64,000 nt of DNA from Planctomycetota bacterium (GTDB lineage: Bacteria > Planctomycetota > UBA1135 > UBA2386), in contig OZ245838.1 in assembly GCA_965228735.1 (NCBI GenBank), positions 2,464,001 to 2,528,000 of the forward strand, written 5' to 3'. This document shows, piece after piece, positions 21,083 through 31,075 of this stretch. Under the pieces are notes generated by a model. The model worked only from the letters and a program-made list of their open reading frames with translations, had not been told where the DNA came from and made no database searches. A program made the translations under genes and the position numbers. Position 1 is the first letter of the stretch, and each line of letters starts with the position of its first letter.

Positions 21083-23364
21083 TGGATCGTGAGGCGAACG
21101 GCGTTCGTCAGGTCGGAGCCGAAGAGGAAGCAGCCCGGCGACAGCGGGTCGTGCACGAGCCACTGCAGGTACAAAGTCGCGCCGACGACGATCGAGCTGT
21201 TGGGGATCGCGGCCGCGAACGACGCCCGACCGGCGCCATCGGTCTGCGTCGCGACGACGAAGCCGAGGTACGGATCCGGTACGAGGCTGCAAGTGCCGCA
21301 CGGCTGCAGGCGGACATCACGACTGGCGACCAGCCACGCGAGCGCGAACGTGCGTTCGGTCACGGCCTGCGCCCGGAACCTCGCGTTGCCGCGGATCGCG
21401 CAGCTCGCGTACGCCTGCCCCGGCTCGTCACCGCAACCGCCGCCGACGTCGACCGTCAGCCCGTCGACCGCTTCCCACCGCTGCGCCAGCACGTCGCCGG
21501 TGCTGCTGCCACCCGAGTCGTACGACTCGAACACGAGCAGCGAGTGATCGCCCGCCCCGCCACCGGCGAGGTCGGAGCAGCCGGCCAGCTGGTAGTCCCA
21601 GGCGAAGCTGCCGTCGAGCCACGACTGCGTCGCCGACTCGCAGGCCGTGCACGTCAACGGATCGAGCGACCGGCAGTAGGTGTTGAACACGTTGCTGCCG
21701 TCCTGATCGGTCCAGCCGACGAGCACCGAGCCGCGCTGCATCACGACGGTCGGCGACGCCTCCGCATCGTCGGCATCGTCCGCGACCGGCTCGATCGGCG
21801 ACAGCACGGCGCTCTCGCTGAGGGCGCCCTCCTGCGGGTCCCACGCGATCGCGCGACAGACGATGTCGTCCTTGCTCGGCACCCCCGCTTCCTGCGTCTG
21901 CCAGGCCACCACCCAGGTGCGGCCGTCGCCGTCGACGGCCGGCCGCAGCTGGTCGTCGTTCGCGGTCGTCGCGAGGCCGAACTCCTCGAGCATCCCCAGA
22001 TTGCGATCGACGATCGTGAACGCCGGGTCGTGATCGCTGACCGAGTTCTGCACCTCGTAGACGATCATGTGGTGGCCGGTCCGACCGCCGCCGTTGCTGA
22101 TGCGCGGGCGATTCGGCGGCACCGCGGCGGAACTGTAGATCGTCGTCGGGTCGAACCGAACGAGCGTGCCGTTCGCCGCGTACTGGATCTGCGCCGCTCG
22201 AATGCTCGAGGAGCTCGTTTCGGCCCAGACGCAGATCGCGTCGTCGTCGGCCGTCGTCGCCTCACCGCCCAGGTCGGGCACGCGCTGGGTCGCGCTGCCC
22301 GTCGCGACCCCGATCTCGGCCGACACCGCGCCATTGCCGGCGGCGACGCCACGCGCGTAGATGTCACCGCTGCGTTCGTAGGCGACGACGAAGCCGGCGC
22401 GCAAACGAACGTTCGCGACCGCCGGATCGAACTCTCCCGTCGTGCTCAACTCGATGATGATCCGACTGCCGACGAGGCTGCCATCGCGTGCGATGCGCTG
22501 CCCATGGATGTCATGATCGACGGCCGAGTACGCGCGCTGGAACACCGCGAGGTAGAGGTCGTTGGTCAGGTCGAACGCGACGTCGGGGTCGCGGTCGTCG
22601 AGGTTGTTGCCGACGGCCTGGAACACCGACCCGATCAGCGGATCGAGCGTCAGCGGCAGCGCCGCATCGTCGACGAACGCGGCGGGCAGCCGCAGCTCGA
22701 GGATGCCGTCGTCGAACCGCAGTGAACCGGCGGCGTGGCGACCGTGCGCATCGACTCCCGTCACTCCGCCGATCGACATGCCGCCGACGCCGGGCAATGC
22801 GAGCCGCAGGCCGGCGCCGTCGGGGGTGACGGAAAACTCCGTGTCCAGGTCGCAGCGCACGACGAGATCGCCCGTGCCGCGGGGCAGGCGATCGAAGACG
22901 AAGCTCTGCTCGATACCGGCCGGCACGACGTCGTAGCGCTCGACGGCGGCCGCGCGGCGATACTCGACGGCCCCAGCGACGACGTGTCGCTCGGCCGGGC
23001 CGAACGGCGCGATGTCGGCACCGCGCCCACACCCGAGCGCGCGGATCGCGACGTCCATGTTGCGCGGCGCGGCCGCGCCGAGCGCCGGCACGAACACCGG
23101 GCCCGTCGAATCGAATCGCACCTTGTAGGCCGAGTCACCGGACGACCCGACGGCCCACAGCACCCCACCCCGTTCGAGCAATGAGGCGACGGGCGCGGCG
23201 TTGCCGATCGCGGTCGCCAAGCCAGCACGCTGCTGGACTGCCGGCTCGGCACCGGTCGGACTCGGCTCGGCGCCAGCCTGGGCCAGCGCGGCTGGCAACA
23301 GCCACACATGGAGCATGGCGCATCGAAAGGCTCGATCAGTTATCGAGCGTCTGAGGGGGTTCAT
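21079..23364 (-). CDS. Secreted protein paralogous to 18824..21082 (shared N-terminal domain, beta-repeat core, CTD)
   Basis: YKVRFD...FVPALG...ERYDV...IEQSFVF...GDLVVR...LPLTLDPLIG; CTD GGGC...GTC...IPNS...YLQW...TNAVRLTIQ; stop overlaps the next start (ATGA); start may instead be the ATG near 23316. Confidence 0.8.
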   Translation of the reverse strand: MNPLRRSITDRAFRCAMLHVWLLPAALAQAGAEPSPTGAEPAVQQRAGLATAIGNAAPVASLLERGGVLWAVGSSGDSAYKVRFDSTGPVFVPALGAAAPRNMDVAIRALGCGRGADIAPFGPAERHVVAGAVEYRRAAAVERYDVVPAGIEQSFVFDRLPRGTGDLVVRCDLDTEFSVTPDGAGLRLALPGVGGMSIGGVTGVDAHGRHAAGSLRFDDGILELRLPAAFVDDAALPLTLDPLIGSVFQAVGNNLDDRDPDVAFDLTNDLYLAVFQRAYSAVDHDIHGQRIARDGSLVGSRIIIELSTTGEFDPAVANVRLRAGFVVAYERSGDIYARGVAAGNGAVSAEIGVATGSATQRVPDLGGEATTADDDAICVWAETSSSSIRAAQIQYAANGTLVRFDPTTIYSSAAVPPNRPRISNGGGRTGHHMIVYEVQNSVSDHDPAFTIVDRNLGMLEEFGLATTANDDQLRPAVDGDGRTWVVAWQTQEAGVPSKDDIVCRAIAWDPQEGALSESAVLSPIEPVADDADDAEASPTVVMQRGSVLVGWTDQDGSNVFNTYCRSLDPLTCTACESATQSWLDGSFAWDYQLAGCSDLAGGGAGDHSLLVFESYDSGGSSTGDVLAQRWEAVDGLTVDVGGGCGDEPGQAYASCAIRGNARFRAQAVTERTFALAWLVASRDVRLQPCGTCSLVPDPYLGFVVATQTDGAGRASFAAAIPNSSIVVGATLYLQWLVHDPLSPGCFLFGSDLTNAVRLTIQ

Positions 23365-23585
23365 GTCTGGATCGAGGTCTCCCCGGGTTGGCGACCGCGG
23401 GGCGGCACACCGGACAGGGCCGCGGCAGTTTTCTGTCGCAGGTCCTGGCGCCTGCCGCGTCCCACCCGCGACACCGCGCGGACAGCTACACTGGTGACGC
23501 GTGAAGGCACGTTCCATGGCCCGGCTTTTGCGTGCTTCGCCCGGACCGCATTCGCTCTGCCTCGTTTGCTCGCGTCGGACGCACC

Positions 23586-23975
23586 ATGAAACAACCGCTG
23601 CCCCTTCTCCTCGTGACGGCCCTGGCCGCCTGCCACGCTTCCCCGAGTGCGCCGGCTCCGAAGCCAGTCGAAGTGAGCTACACGGAGACTCTGCCGCTGG
23701 CGGACCTCGTCGCGTCTGCCGCCTCGAGCCTCGCGGCACTCGGGGTCGAGGTGCGAAGTCAGTCGGTCGGCGACAAGACCGCGACGATCAGCGGGACCTC
23801 GCTGAACGGCGCCGCGGTGATGGTCGAGTTCGAGGCCATGACGCCGGACGCCACGCACCTGACCGTGCAGGTGACCGGTAAGCCGTACGGCCGGTGGCTG
23901 GCCGGGACCGCCGGGCGCCGGATCGTCCGAGCAGCCAAGGACCGAGTTCGGTCCCGTTCGCAATCGGAACAGTAG
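23586..23975 (+). CDS. Small predicted lipoprotein of unknown function
   Basis: MKQPLPLLLVTALAA-C lipobox followed by a compact alpha/beta domain. Confidence 0.7.
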   Translation: MKQPLPLLLVTALAACHASPSAPAPKPVEVSYTETLPLADLVASAASSLAALGVEVRSQSVGDKTATISGTSLNGAAVMVEFEAMTPDATHLTVQVTGKPYGRWLAGTAGRRIVRAAKDRVRSRSQSEQ

Positions 23976-23995
23976 TCCCGCTGGCAGGACACCGT

Positions 23996-24316
23996 GTCCT
24001 GCGAAGCGGGGCGAACCACGCCACCATTTCCGAGAACGGCGAAGGCGTGCTGATGTGGGCCGCGTTCAACGGCCTCGAAGCCGTCGTCGAACGCGCCCTC
24101 GACCTCGGCCTCCCGGTCAACCACCAATCCAACGACGGCGCCACCGCGCTCATCGATGCCGCCCGCCGCGGCCACCGCGCGATCGTCGAACGGCTGCTGC
24201 GAGCCGGCGCCGATCCCAACCTCGCGGACAAGGCCGGTCGCACCGCACTACGGCGCGCGCAGGAGAAGGGTCACGACGACATCGCCGAGTTGCTGCGGCA
24301 GCATGGTGGGCGGTGA
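23996..24316 (+). CDS. Short ankyrin-repeat protein, possibly 5-prime truncated (first ATG 24053)
   Basis: GATALIDAARRGHRAIVERLLRAGADPNLADKAGRTALRRA; ankyrin-like sequence (LRSGAN...GEGVLMWAA) extends upstream of the first ATG. Confidence 0.75.
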   Translation, partial: VLRSGANHATISENGEGVLMWAAFNGLEAVVERALDLGLPVNHQSNDGATALIDAARRGHRAIVERLLRAGADPNLADKAGRTALRRAQEKGHDDIAELLRQHGGR

Positions 24317-24369
24317 GCCTGCGGCCGCTCGAAAGAGAAAGGCCGACAGGACCACGCCCCCGACCGCGA

Positions 24370-25410
24370 TCAGCGCCCGTTCATCGACATGAGCGGCGGC
24401 AACCCGTCGGCCCCGGCCTGCTCGTTCGTCGGCCGATGACGGAACCGCCGGCTCTGCCAGAACCACTGCTCTGGCGCTTCCTTGATGCCTTGGCCGAGCG
24501 CCTGATTGCAGCGAGTCGTGATCGCGACCAGGTCCTTCTCGCGATTGCCCGTGTTCGCGTCGCGAATGATGTCGAAGACGCGCAGGTGGTAGCGCATGCG
24601 TCCGGTTCGGATGAATGCGACCACGGCGATGGGAGCACCCGTCGCCAAGTGCAGCAGCGCCGGCGTGGCTACGGATTTGGCTGCCGTGCCGAAGAAGGGC
24701 GCGACGACGGCGCTGTGCTTGCCACCGCCGTCAGCGAGAATGCCGACGGACCGCTTCTCGCGCAGCGCCTTCTTCAGCACCCACATCACGTTCCGGCGGG
24801 CCACGACGACCTGACCCGTTCGGGTGCGCATGTCGATGATCAGGCGGTTCAGCGCCGGGAGTGGAACGGGACGGAACACCGACGTGATCGGCAGGCCGAG
24901 CAACGCAGCCGTCACGCCGCTGAGATCCCAGCTCCCCACGTGACCGGTCGCGAAGATCAGGCCGTTGCCTTCGTCGAAGAGGTCCTGGACCGGCTGGTAT
25001 TCCTCGAGGTTGAAGTGCTGGTTGACGTTCTGCTTGTTGGTGCGCCGCATCCGGCACGAGTCGATCACGAGCCAGCCAACATGCCGGGACCACTTCCAGA
25101 GGTGACGCTTCGGGCGGGTCGCGCCGAGCTGCGAACCGGCACGGAACGCGATCCGCATGTTGTGCCAATAGCCGCTCGAGCCGAGCCCCTTGCGATCGCG
25201 CAGGCTCCAGTAGCAGTACCACGGAATCGCCAGCAGGTCGCCGATGAGATAGGCGAGCCAGTTGGGCAGGATGGAGACGACCCAGATGACGAAGGTGAGG
25301 CCCGCGATCGCCAGCCGTTGCCAGATCGGCTCCCGGATCGGCTCGGCGCCTTTCTCGTTCGAGTCAGCGTCTTCCTCGTTCGGCTCGGGCGGCCGTGGTG
25401 CATCGATCAT
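24370..25410 (-). CDS. Lipid A / lysophospholipid acyltransferase, LpxL/HtrB family
   Basis: TGHVGSWD (H-x4-D/E motif), VGILAD, PFFG, PEQWFWQSRRFR; N-terminal TM segment. Confidence 0.88.
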   Translation of the reverse strand: MIDAPRPPEPNEEDADSNEKGAEPIREPIWQRLAIAGLTFVIWVVSILPNWLAYLIGDLLAIPWYCYWSLRDRKGLGSSGYWHNMRIAFRAGSQLGATRPKRHLWKWSRHVGWLVIDSCRMRRTNKQNVNQHFNLEEYQPVQDLFDEGNGLIFATGHVGSWDLSGVTAALLGLPITSVFRPVPLPALNRLIIDMRTRTGQVVVARRNVMWVLKKALREKRSVGILADGGGKHSAVVAPFFGTAAKSVATPALLHLATGAPIAVVAFIRTGRMRYHLRVFDIIRDANTGNREKDLVAITTRCNQALGQGIKEAPEQWFWQSRRFRHRPTNEQAGADGLPPLMSMNGR

Positions 25411-25900
25411 GAAGTCGTCGCCTTGCGCTGATCGAATGAAGCGAAGGCCAGGATCGATTGGGTCACCACCGGCTGCAGAGGATACGCGAGCCGCCGACGA
25501 CCGTCAGCGTCCGTCCCCCGATTCGACGGGCAAACGGGCGAGAACGACCGCGGCTACCCGGCGCTCCGTGCTGTCTCCGGCCCGGGTGACCGCGCGTCGC
25601 AAGGACCTCTGCTGGGTCGCCGAGCCCGTCGCCGCGATCGCCATCGCCGCCTCCTCGTGGCGGTCGAGCCAGGCGCGGGCCCCGATCCTGCGACCTGAGG
25701 TCCGTGCCGGCAGGCGCTCTCCGCCACCGCCAAGATGCCCCCAAGCGACGGTTCTCGATCGGCGCCACCTCGCCTCCACTCCAACGCGGCTTCCCACTCA
25801 CCGTACAAAGCGCAGCGGCGCCAGCGATCCAGCACGTGCTCCGACGCGGACGCGTGACGGCAACGTCGGTGGCGAGGTAAGGTTTCGACGAGGAGTCACC

Positions 25901-26383
25901 ATGAAGACGCCACTGCTGGCCGCGGCCATCGCGATCGCGGCCCCGCTCTGCGCCCAGTCGCAGGCCTCTCTGAGTTCGATCAGCCCGCCGTGCCCGAGCG
26001 GCACCGGCGCTCCGAACCTGACCACGACGCTGCTGCCGCGGATCGGATCGACGTTCGGCGTCACGTTCCACAATCAGACCTGTCCGTTCGGTCAGGGCTG
26101 CTTCCTCGGGATCCCGCTCGTGTTCGTCGGCTTTCAGCAGACGAGCACCGGGCTCAGCGTGCCCGGCGTCAGCCTCGTCGGCAGCTGCACGATCGGCGTG
26201 AGTCAGGACATCCTGTTCCGCTACTCCTTCACCGGCCCCGAGTGGAGCACGATGCCGATCCCCAACCAGCCTTCGCTGATCGGCGTGCAGTTCTTCGTGC
26301 AGGGCGCGCGTGTCGACTCCTACCCGACAGGCAATGCCATCGTGCTGCTGACGAACGTGCTCGCCGGAACCGTCGGGACCTGA
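25901..26383 (+). CDS. Secreted 160-aa protein consisting only of a signal peptide and the shared CTD
   Basis: GAGGAG RBS; MKTPLLAAAIAIAAPLCA-Q; PPC...PNL...PRIG...GSC...PIPNQPSLIGVQFFVQ...TNVLAGTVGT-stop. Confidence 0.8.
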   Translation: MKTPLLAAAIAIAAPLCAQSQASLSSISPPCPSGTGAPNLTTTLLPRIGSTFGVTFHNQTCPFGQGCFLGIPLVFVGFQQTSTGLSVPGVSLVGSCTIGVSQDILFRYSFTGPEWSTMPIPNQPSLIGVQFFVQGARVDSYPTGNAIVLLTNVLAGTVGT

Positions 26384-26416
26384 TCCGACCGCGCTCCGTC
26401 GGCCGCAACCCCGAAC

Positions 26417-27874
26417 CTACCGCCCGATGAGCCGGTAGATGTCGATGTCCCAGACGAACTTCAACGCGAGCAGCAGCGCGACGATCACGAGTCCGATCGC
26501 CGTGACGATGATGAACTCGCTCAGGAGTCGGGCCGCGAGCTGTTTCTGCCGCGAGGCCGGGACGCGCACGCGCACCGGGGCATCGGGATCGCGTCGGGAC
26601 GAGCCGCGGCCGGCGGCCGGGGTGGTGACGGTTCCGGGCAGCACGAGGCGGTCGAGGCGCTCGAGCAGTTCTTCGGCGTTGGCCGGCCGGTCTGCCGGGT
26701 CCTTCGCCATCATCGCGTCGATGATGAGTTGCTCGAGGTGCCACGGCACCTTGAGGCCGCGGCGCTGGAACGACTCGGGCTCCTCCCTGCAGTGCGCTCG
26801 CGCGACGTCGTCCTTCTCGCCGACGAACGGCGCGCGGCCGACCATCGCCGCATAGGCCGTGCAGCCGAGCGCGTAGAGGTCGGTGCGTTCGTCGACCGCG
26901 CGGCGCAGCACCTGCTCCGGGGCCATGAACGCGACCGTGCCGGCCGCGACCTCGCCGCTCGCGAGGCCGAGGTCGGTGAGCTTGGCGCGGCCCGTATCGG
27001 TCAGCAGGATGTTGGCCGGTTTGACGTCGCGGTGCACGAGGCCGCGGGCGTGCGCGGCCTGCAGCGCCGACGCCACGTCACGGATCATCGCGAGCACGTC
27101 GCGCCACTCCATCGGTCCGTGTCGGCGAACGTGTGCCGCGAGGCTGCCGCCGCGCACGAGCTCCATCGAGAGGTAGTGCACGTTGCCGTCGTGACCGACG
27201 TCGAACACCTGCACGAGGTGCGGATCCTCGATCGCCGCGGCCGCGCGGGCCTCGCGCTCGAACGCCGCGACGCGTTCTTCGGCGTCGTCCGCGTCGTCGT
27301 CGAGCCGGAGCACCTTGAGCGCGACCTCGCGACCGAGCCGCAGGTGCTCGGCGCGGTAGACGGTCGCGAAGCCACCGGCGCCGAGCTGTTCGAGCACGCG
27401 ATAGCCCGCGATCTTCACGTCGAGCTGCGGGGTCGTCGCCTCCTTGGTCGGCACCGACAGCTCGGCGGCGGTCGCCGCGATCGCGGCGTCGATCTCGTCG
27501 CCGCTCTCGGGATCCGGGTCTGGCTCCGGCTCCGACTCTGGCTCCGGCTCCGGCTCGCGCGCGGGCGGCGCCGCCTTCCCGGCAGCCGGTTCGAAGCGAA
27601 ACACCGCGTTGCCGAGCTTGCAGTGCTCGCCGGGCTCGAGGTCGCACTGGTCGACGCGTTCCCCGTCGAGCACGATCCCGTGCGTCGACGCGAGGTTGCT
27701 CACGCGGATCCGATCACCCGCGAGCACCACGACGCAATGCTCGCGCGACACGCTCTGGTCCTTGATCTGGATCTGGCACGACGACGCCCGCCCCACGGTC
27801 ATGAGCGCACCTTCGTGCAGCTCGAACCGCTGGCGCACGCCGCCCACGGTCGTCGTAACGAACGCGCCGCTCAC
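26417..27874 (-). CDS. FHA-domain Ser/Thr protein kinase with a C-terminal TM helix
   Basis: FHA VGR...DQSVSREHC...STHG; EP-rich linker; GAGGFATVY, HRDVKPAN, DLG, MAPEQ, DLYALG; terminal hydrophobic helix. Confidence 0.9.
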   Translation of the reverse strand: MSGAFVTTTVGGVRQRFELHEGALMTVGRASSCQIQIKDQSVSREHCVVVLAGDRIRVSNLASTHGIVLDGERVDQCDLEPGEHCKLGNAVFRFEPAAGKAAPPAREPEPEPESEPEPDPDPESGDEIDAAIAATAAELSVPTKEATTPQLDVKIAGYRVLEQLGAGGFATVYRAEHLRLGREVALKVLRLDDDADDAEERVAAFEREARAAAAIEDPHLVQVFDVGHDGNVHYLSMELVRGGSLAAHVRRHGPMEWRDVLAMIRDVASALQAAHARGLVHRDVKPANILLTDTGRAKLTDLGLASGEVAAGTVAFMAPEQVLRRAVDERTDLYALGCTAYAAMVGRAPFVGEKDDVARAHCREEPESFQRRGLKVPWHLEQLIIDAMMAKDPADRPANAEELLERLDRLVLPGTVTTPAAGRGSSRRDPDAPVRVRVPASRQKQLAARLLSEFIIVTAIGLVIVALLLALKFVWDIDIYRLIGR

Positions 27875-28186
27875 TCCGCGTTCGGATCCATCGTCCGCTC
27901 TACGACACCTTGCACCCCCGGACGTTACCGGCTCGAAGCTCGACCACCAGCCTCCGTCGCGGTGACCGCGACGCGGTCACTGGATCCGGATGGCGATCGC
28001 GTTCGACCCCGAGAGGCCGAGCGGCGTGCAGCCGGCCGGCTCGAGCAACAGCCACTGCGCGAACAGCGCGAGGTACCGGAACGACGGACTGTCGATGTGC
28101 CGGAGATCGTCCTCGCGACACGCGGCCCGCCACAGGGCCGGCGTCGGCGTTAGACTCTGACCTCCACTCGTTCCTGAGGAGAAGTC

Positions 28187-30223
28187 ATGTTCCGAACCGG
28201 CGCCGGTCTGTTGTTCGCCTTCACCGCGCTCTCGTTGTGCCAGTCCGCCGCCGTCGCGCAGGCCGGCTGGGCCGAACGCGGCGCGCGCCCCCGCAGCTTC
28301 GCCGCGCTCTATCCCACGGCGGGCCGAGACGGCACGGCGCTGCTCGTGCGCCGCGGCATCGTGCGGCAGTGGGACGGCGCGCGCTGGGCGCGGGTCGCGT
28401 CGATCGCGCCCGCCGGCACCGGTGCGATCTCGAGCATGGTCTGGGACCACGACCGCGAACGCACGGTCGGCCTGAGCCTCGACCTCACCGTGTTCCCGTA
28501 TCAGGTCCGCACGTTCGAGCTCAGGGACGGCGTCTTCCAGATCTTCGCCGCCGTCCCCGGCAACCTGCCGATCGAGATGCACTACGACCCCGCGCTCGGT
28601 GGTGCCGTCGTCTTCTGCGAGACCGCGACCGGGACACAGGACTACCTCTGGGACGGCACGAGCTGGAACCCGCTGCCGGCCGACGTGCGGCCGGTGCACG
28701 TGCGGGGCGCGATCGTGGCGGACCGCCAGCGGCAACGACTGGTCGCGTTCACGCCCAACGCGCCGGGCCCCGGCGGTGAGACGTATGAATGGGACGGCAC
28801 GAGTTGGACCCAGCGGCAACCGTCGACGTCACCTTCACCGCGCGACGACACGACGATGCTCTTCGATCCCGCGACCGGCCTGACGATGCTCTATGGCGGC
28901 AGTGCGGGCGGAACGACGCTGCGCGACACGTGGTTCTGGAACGGCACGGACTGGTCGCAGAGCCCCACCAATTCGCCGCCGACCTCACGCGCGGTCGATC
29001 TCCTGCTCGATCGCACGCAGGGTATTCGCCTCGTCGACGCGGCCGCGATGAGAACGCGCGACTACCGGTGGAACGGCAGCGCGTGGGTTCCGGGCGCCGA
29101 GTCGCTGCCGATGGTCGAACACTCGCTGATCGGTAACGACCGCGCGCGCGGCGTGCTGACGATGCTCATGGGCGGGAACACGTACGACTGGGACGGGTTC
29201 GACTGGCACCTCATCACGACCAGCGGTCCGGGCCCACGCAGTTACACGACGCTGGCGTTCGATCCGAGCCGCAACGAGATGGTCACGTTCGGTGGCGTCG
29301 CCGGGTCGGTCTACCAGCTCGACACGTGGACGTTCGACGGCGCGCAGTGGACCCAGCAAACGACGAACAACGCGCCGAGCCGACGGCATTCGCATGCGAT
29401 GTTCACGAGCACCGCGCTGAACGGGGTCGTCCTGTTCGGCGGCGATAGCGGTCCGCTCTCGTTCGACGACACGTGGCTCTGGCAGAACGGCGCCTGGACC
29501 GAGCTGTTCCTGCAGGTGCGGCCGCCGGCTGGCGCGAGTGTGGGCACGGCCGGTCGGCCGGGTCAGACGCCCGTCGTCGCGGCGGGCGGTGAGCTGTGGT
29601 CGTTCGACGGCAGCTGGACGCTGATCGACGGCAACATCCCCTACCCGGCGATCGACCAGATCGGGCTGACCCGCGCCGGCGATCCCGTCGTCGCGACGCG
29701 CACCAACCTGTGCTACGAGTATCAGAACGGCATCTGGCTGGCCCGTGACGGCCCGGATACGGAGATCTCGGACCTCGGCTACGACCCGGTACGCGGCGAC
29801 ATCCTCGCGGTCGGCTTCGGCCACGAGGTCGTGTACTCGACCGAGCTCGCGACGAGCGCGACCGTCGGCCAGGCGTGCACGAACGATCGCTTCACGCTGT
29901 CGACGGCCGGCGACCCGTTCCTCGGCAACGGCGCGTTCCGCGTCCACGCGGACGGCGCGCAGGGCTTCGCGGTGTTCGCGTTCGGGTTCGCTTCGAATCC
30001 GAGCCCGCTCGGCAGCAGCTGCATCTCGTACCTGAGCAACCCGGTCTCGGCCGGCTTCGTCGGCACGAATGCCTACGACGTCGCGGCCCTGCCCGTGCCG
30101 ATCCCGATGCTCGGGGCGCTGCGCGGGCTGCGGCTCTACCTGCAGGCAGCCGGCCCGCAACCGAATGGTCCATTCGGCGGACTGGCGGTCTCGGCCGGGC
30201 TCGAGCTCGTGATCGGCGGCTGA
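28187..30223 (+). CDS. Secreted Kelch-like propeller protein with the shared CTD (paralog of 14042..16096)
   Basis: TAGACT box and GAGGAG RBS; signal peptide; TYEWDGTSW and DTWTFDGAQWTQQ; CTD GQAC...PFLGN...SSC...YLQAAGPQ...SAGLELVIGG. Confidence 0.85.
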   Translation: MFRTGAGLLFAFTALSLCQSAAVAQAGWAERGARPRSFAALYPTAGRDGTALLVRRGIVRQWDGARWARVASIAPAGTGAISSMVWDHDRERTVGLSLDLTVFPYQVRTFELRDGVFQIFAAVPGNLPIEMHYDPALGGAVVFCETATGTQDYLWDGTSWNPLPADVRPVHVRGAIVADRQRQRLVAFTPNAPGPGGETYEWDGTSWTQRQPSTSPSPRDDTTMLFDPATGLTMLYGGSAGGTTLRDTWFWNGTDWSQSPTNSPPTSRAVDLLLDRTQGIRLVDAAAMRTRDYRWNGSAWVPGAESLPMVEHSLIGNDRARGVLTMLMGGNTYDWDGFDWHLITTSGPGPRSYTTLAFDPSRNEMVTFGGVAGSVYQLDTWTFDGAQWTQQTTNNAPSRRHSHAMFTSTALNGVVLFGGDSGPLSFDDTWLWQNGAWTELFLQVRPPAGASVGTAGRPGQTPVVAAGGELWSFDGSWTLIDGNIPYPAIDQIGLTRAGDPVVATRTNLCYEYQNGIWLARDGPDTEISDLGYDPVRGDILAVGFGHEVVYSTELATSATVGQACTNDRFTLSTAGDPFLGNGAFRVHADGAQGFAVFAFGFASNPSPLGSSCISYLSNPVSAGFVGTNAYDVAALPVPIPMLGALRGLRLYLQAAGPQPNGPFGGLAVSAGLELVIGG

Positions 30224-30264
30224 TACGGACGGGGCAGGGTACAGCGGCAGGTTAGACTGCCGCG

Positions 30265-30744
30265 ATGCCGTCGCCTGCCCCCTCGGTCACCCTGCGCGCC
30301 GTCGTCGAAGCCGACCTGCAGGCACTGTTCGAGTTCCAACGCCAACCCGCAGCGAACGCGATGGCGGCGTTCCCGCCCCGGGGTCGCGATGCGTTCATGG
30401 CGCACTGGCGCGAGAACGTGCTCGGCAAGGACGACGTGACCAAGCGCACCGTGCTCTGCGACGACCGCATCGCCGGCAGTATCGTGAGCTACGCCGATGC
30501 GGACTCCGGGCGACAGCTCGTCGGCTACTGGATCGGCGAAGAGTTCTGGGGCCGCGGCGTCGCGACCAGAGCACTCACGTTGCTCGTCGAAGAGCTACCG
30601 GGGCGCCCGCTGCACGCGTTCGTCGCCACAACGAATGTCGGTTCCATTCGCGTGCTCGAGAAGTGCGCGTTCGAGCGCATCGGCAAGCAGCGCGGCAACC
30701 ACGGGGACGATACGGTCGAAGTGTTCGTCTACGAACTGCGCTGA
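30265..30744 (+). CDS. GNAT (RimJ/RimL-like) N-acetyltransferase
   Basis: VGYWIGEEFWGRGVATRAL, NVGSIRVLEKCAF. Confidence 0.92.
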   Translation: MPSPAPSVTLRAVVEADLQALFEFQRQPAANAMAAFPPRGRDAFMAHWRENVLGKDDVTKRTVLCDDRIAGSIVSYADADSGRQLVGYWIGEEFWGRGVATRALTLLVEELPGRPLHAFVATTNVGSIRVLEKCAFERIGKQRGNHGDDTVEVFVYELR

Positions 30745-30762
30745 AGTGGGGCACGCACCGTC

Positions 30763-30970
30763 CTACGGCAGCACGCCGATCGCAACCGTCCCCGACAACC
30801 GCGGATCCCCGTCACCGAAGAACACGGCCTGCGCGAACAACGGCAGGCCGGCGAGCGCGGGGTCGTTCGGGATCGGGACGGTGTCGATCGTGATGCCGGG
30901 CGGCAGCAGCAGGAACTTCGCGACCGCGGTCGAAAGGTCGATCCCGACCGTGCCGAGATCGCCGTAGGGC
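30763..30970 (-). pseudogene. Orphan 3-prime half of the shared CTD (gene remnant)
   Basis: TVPIPNDPALAGLPLFAQAVFF...LSGTVAIGVLP-stop, with no credible start or signal peptide upstream. Confidence 0.6.
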
Positions 30971-31075
30971 ACGCGGTCTTCCGCCAACGAGTGAGCCGGA
31001 GCGACGTCGGGCCCGAACGACCGCCACCGGAGTATGATGGTCGGCGCGGCACGGTCGTTGCTGCGGATTTCTCCG

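Noticed and set aside
25504..25700. Possible helical-repeat gene remnant on the minus strand (AWLDRHEEAAMAIAATG...RRVAAVVLARL)
   Set aside because: Too short, no credible start, and no family I can support
27516..27556. GGCTCC-type hexamer repeats
   Set aside because: They simply encode the EPEPEP linker of the FHA kinase
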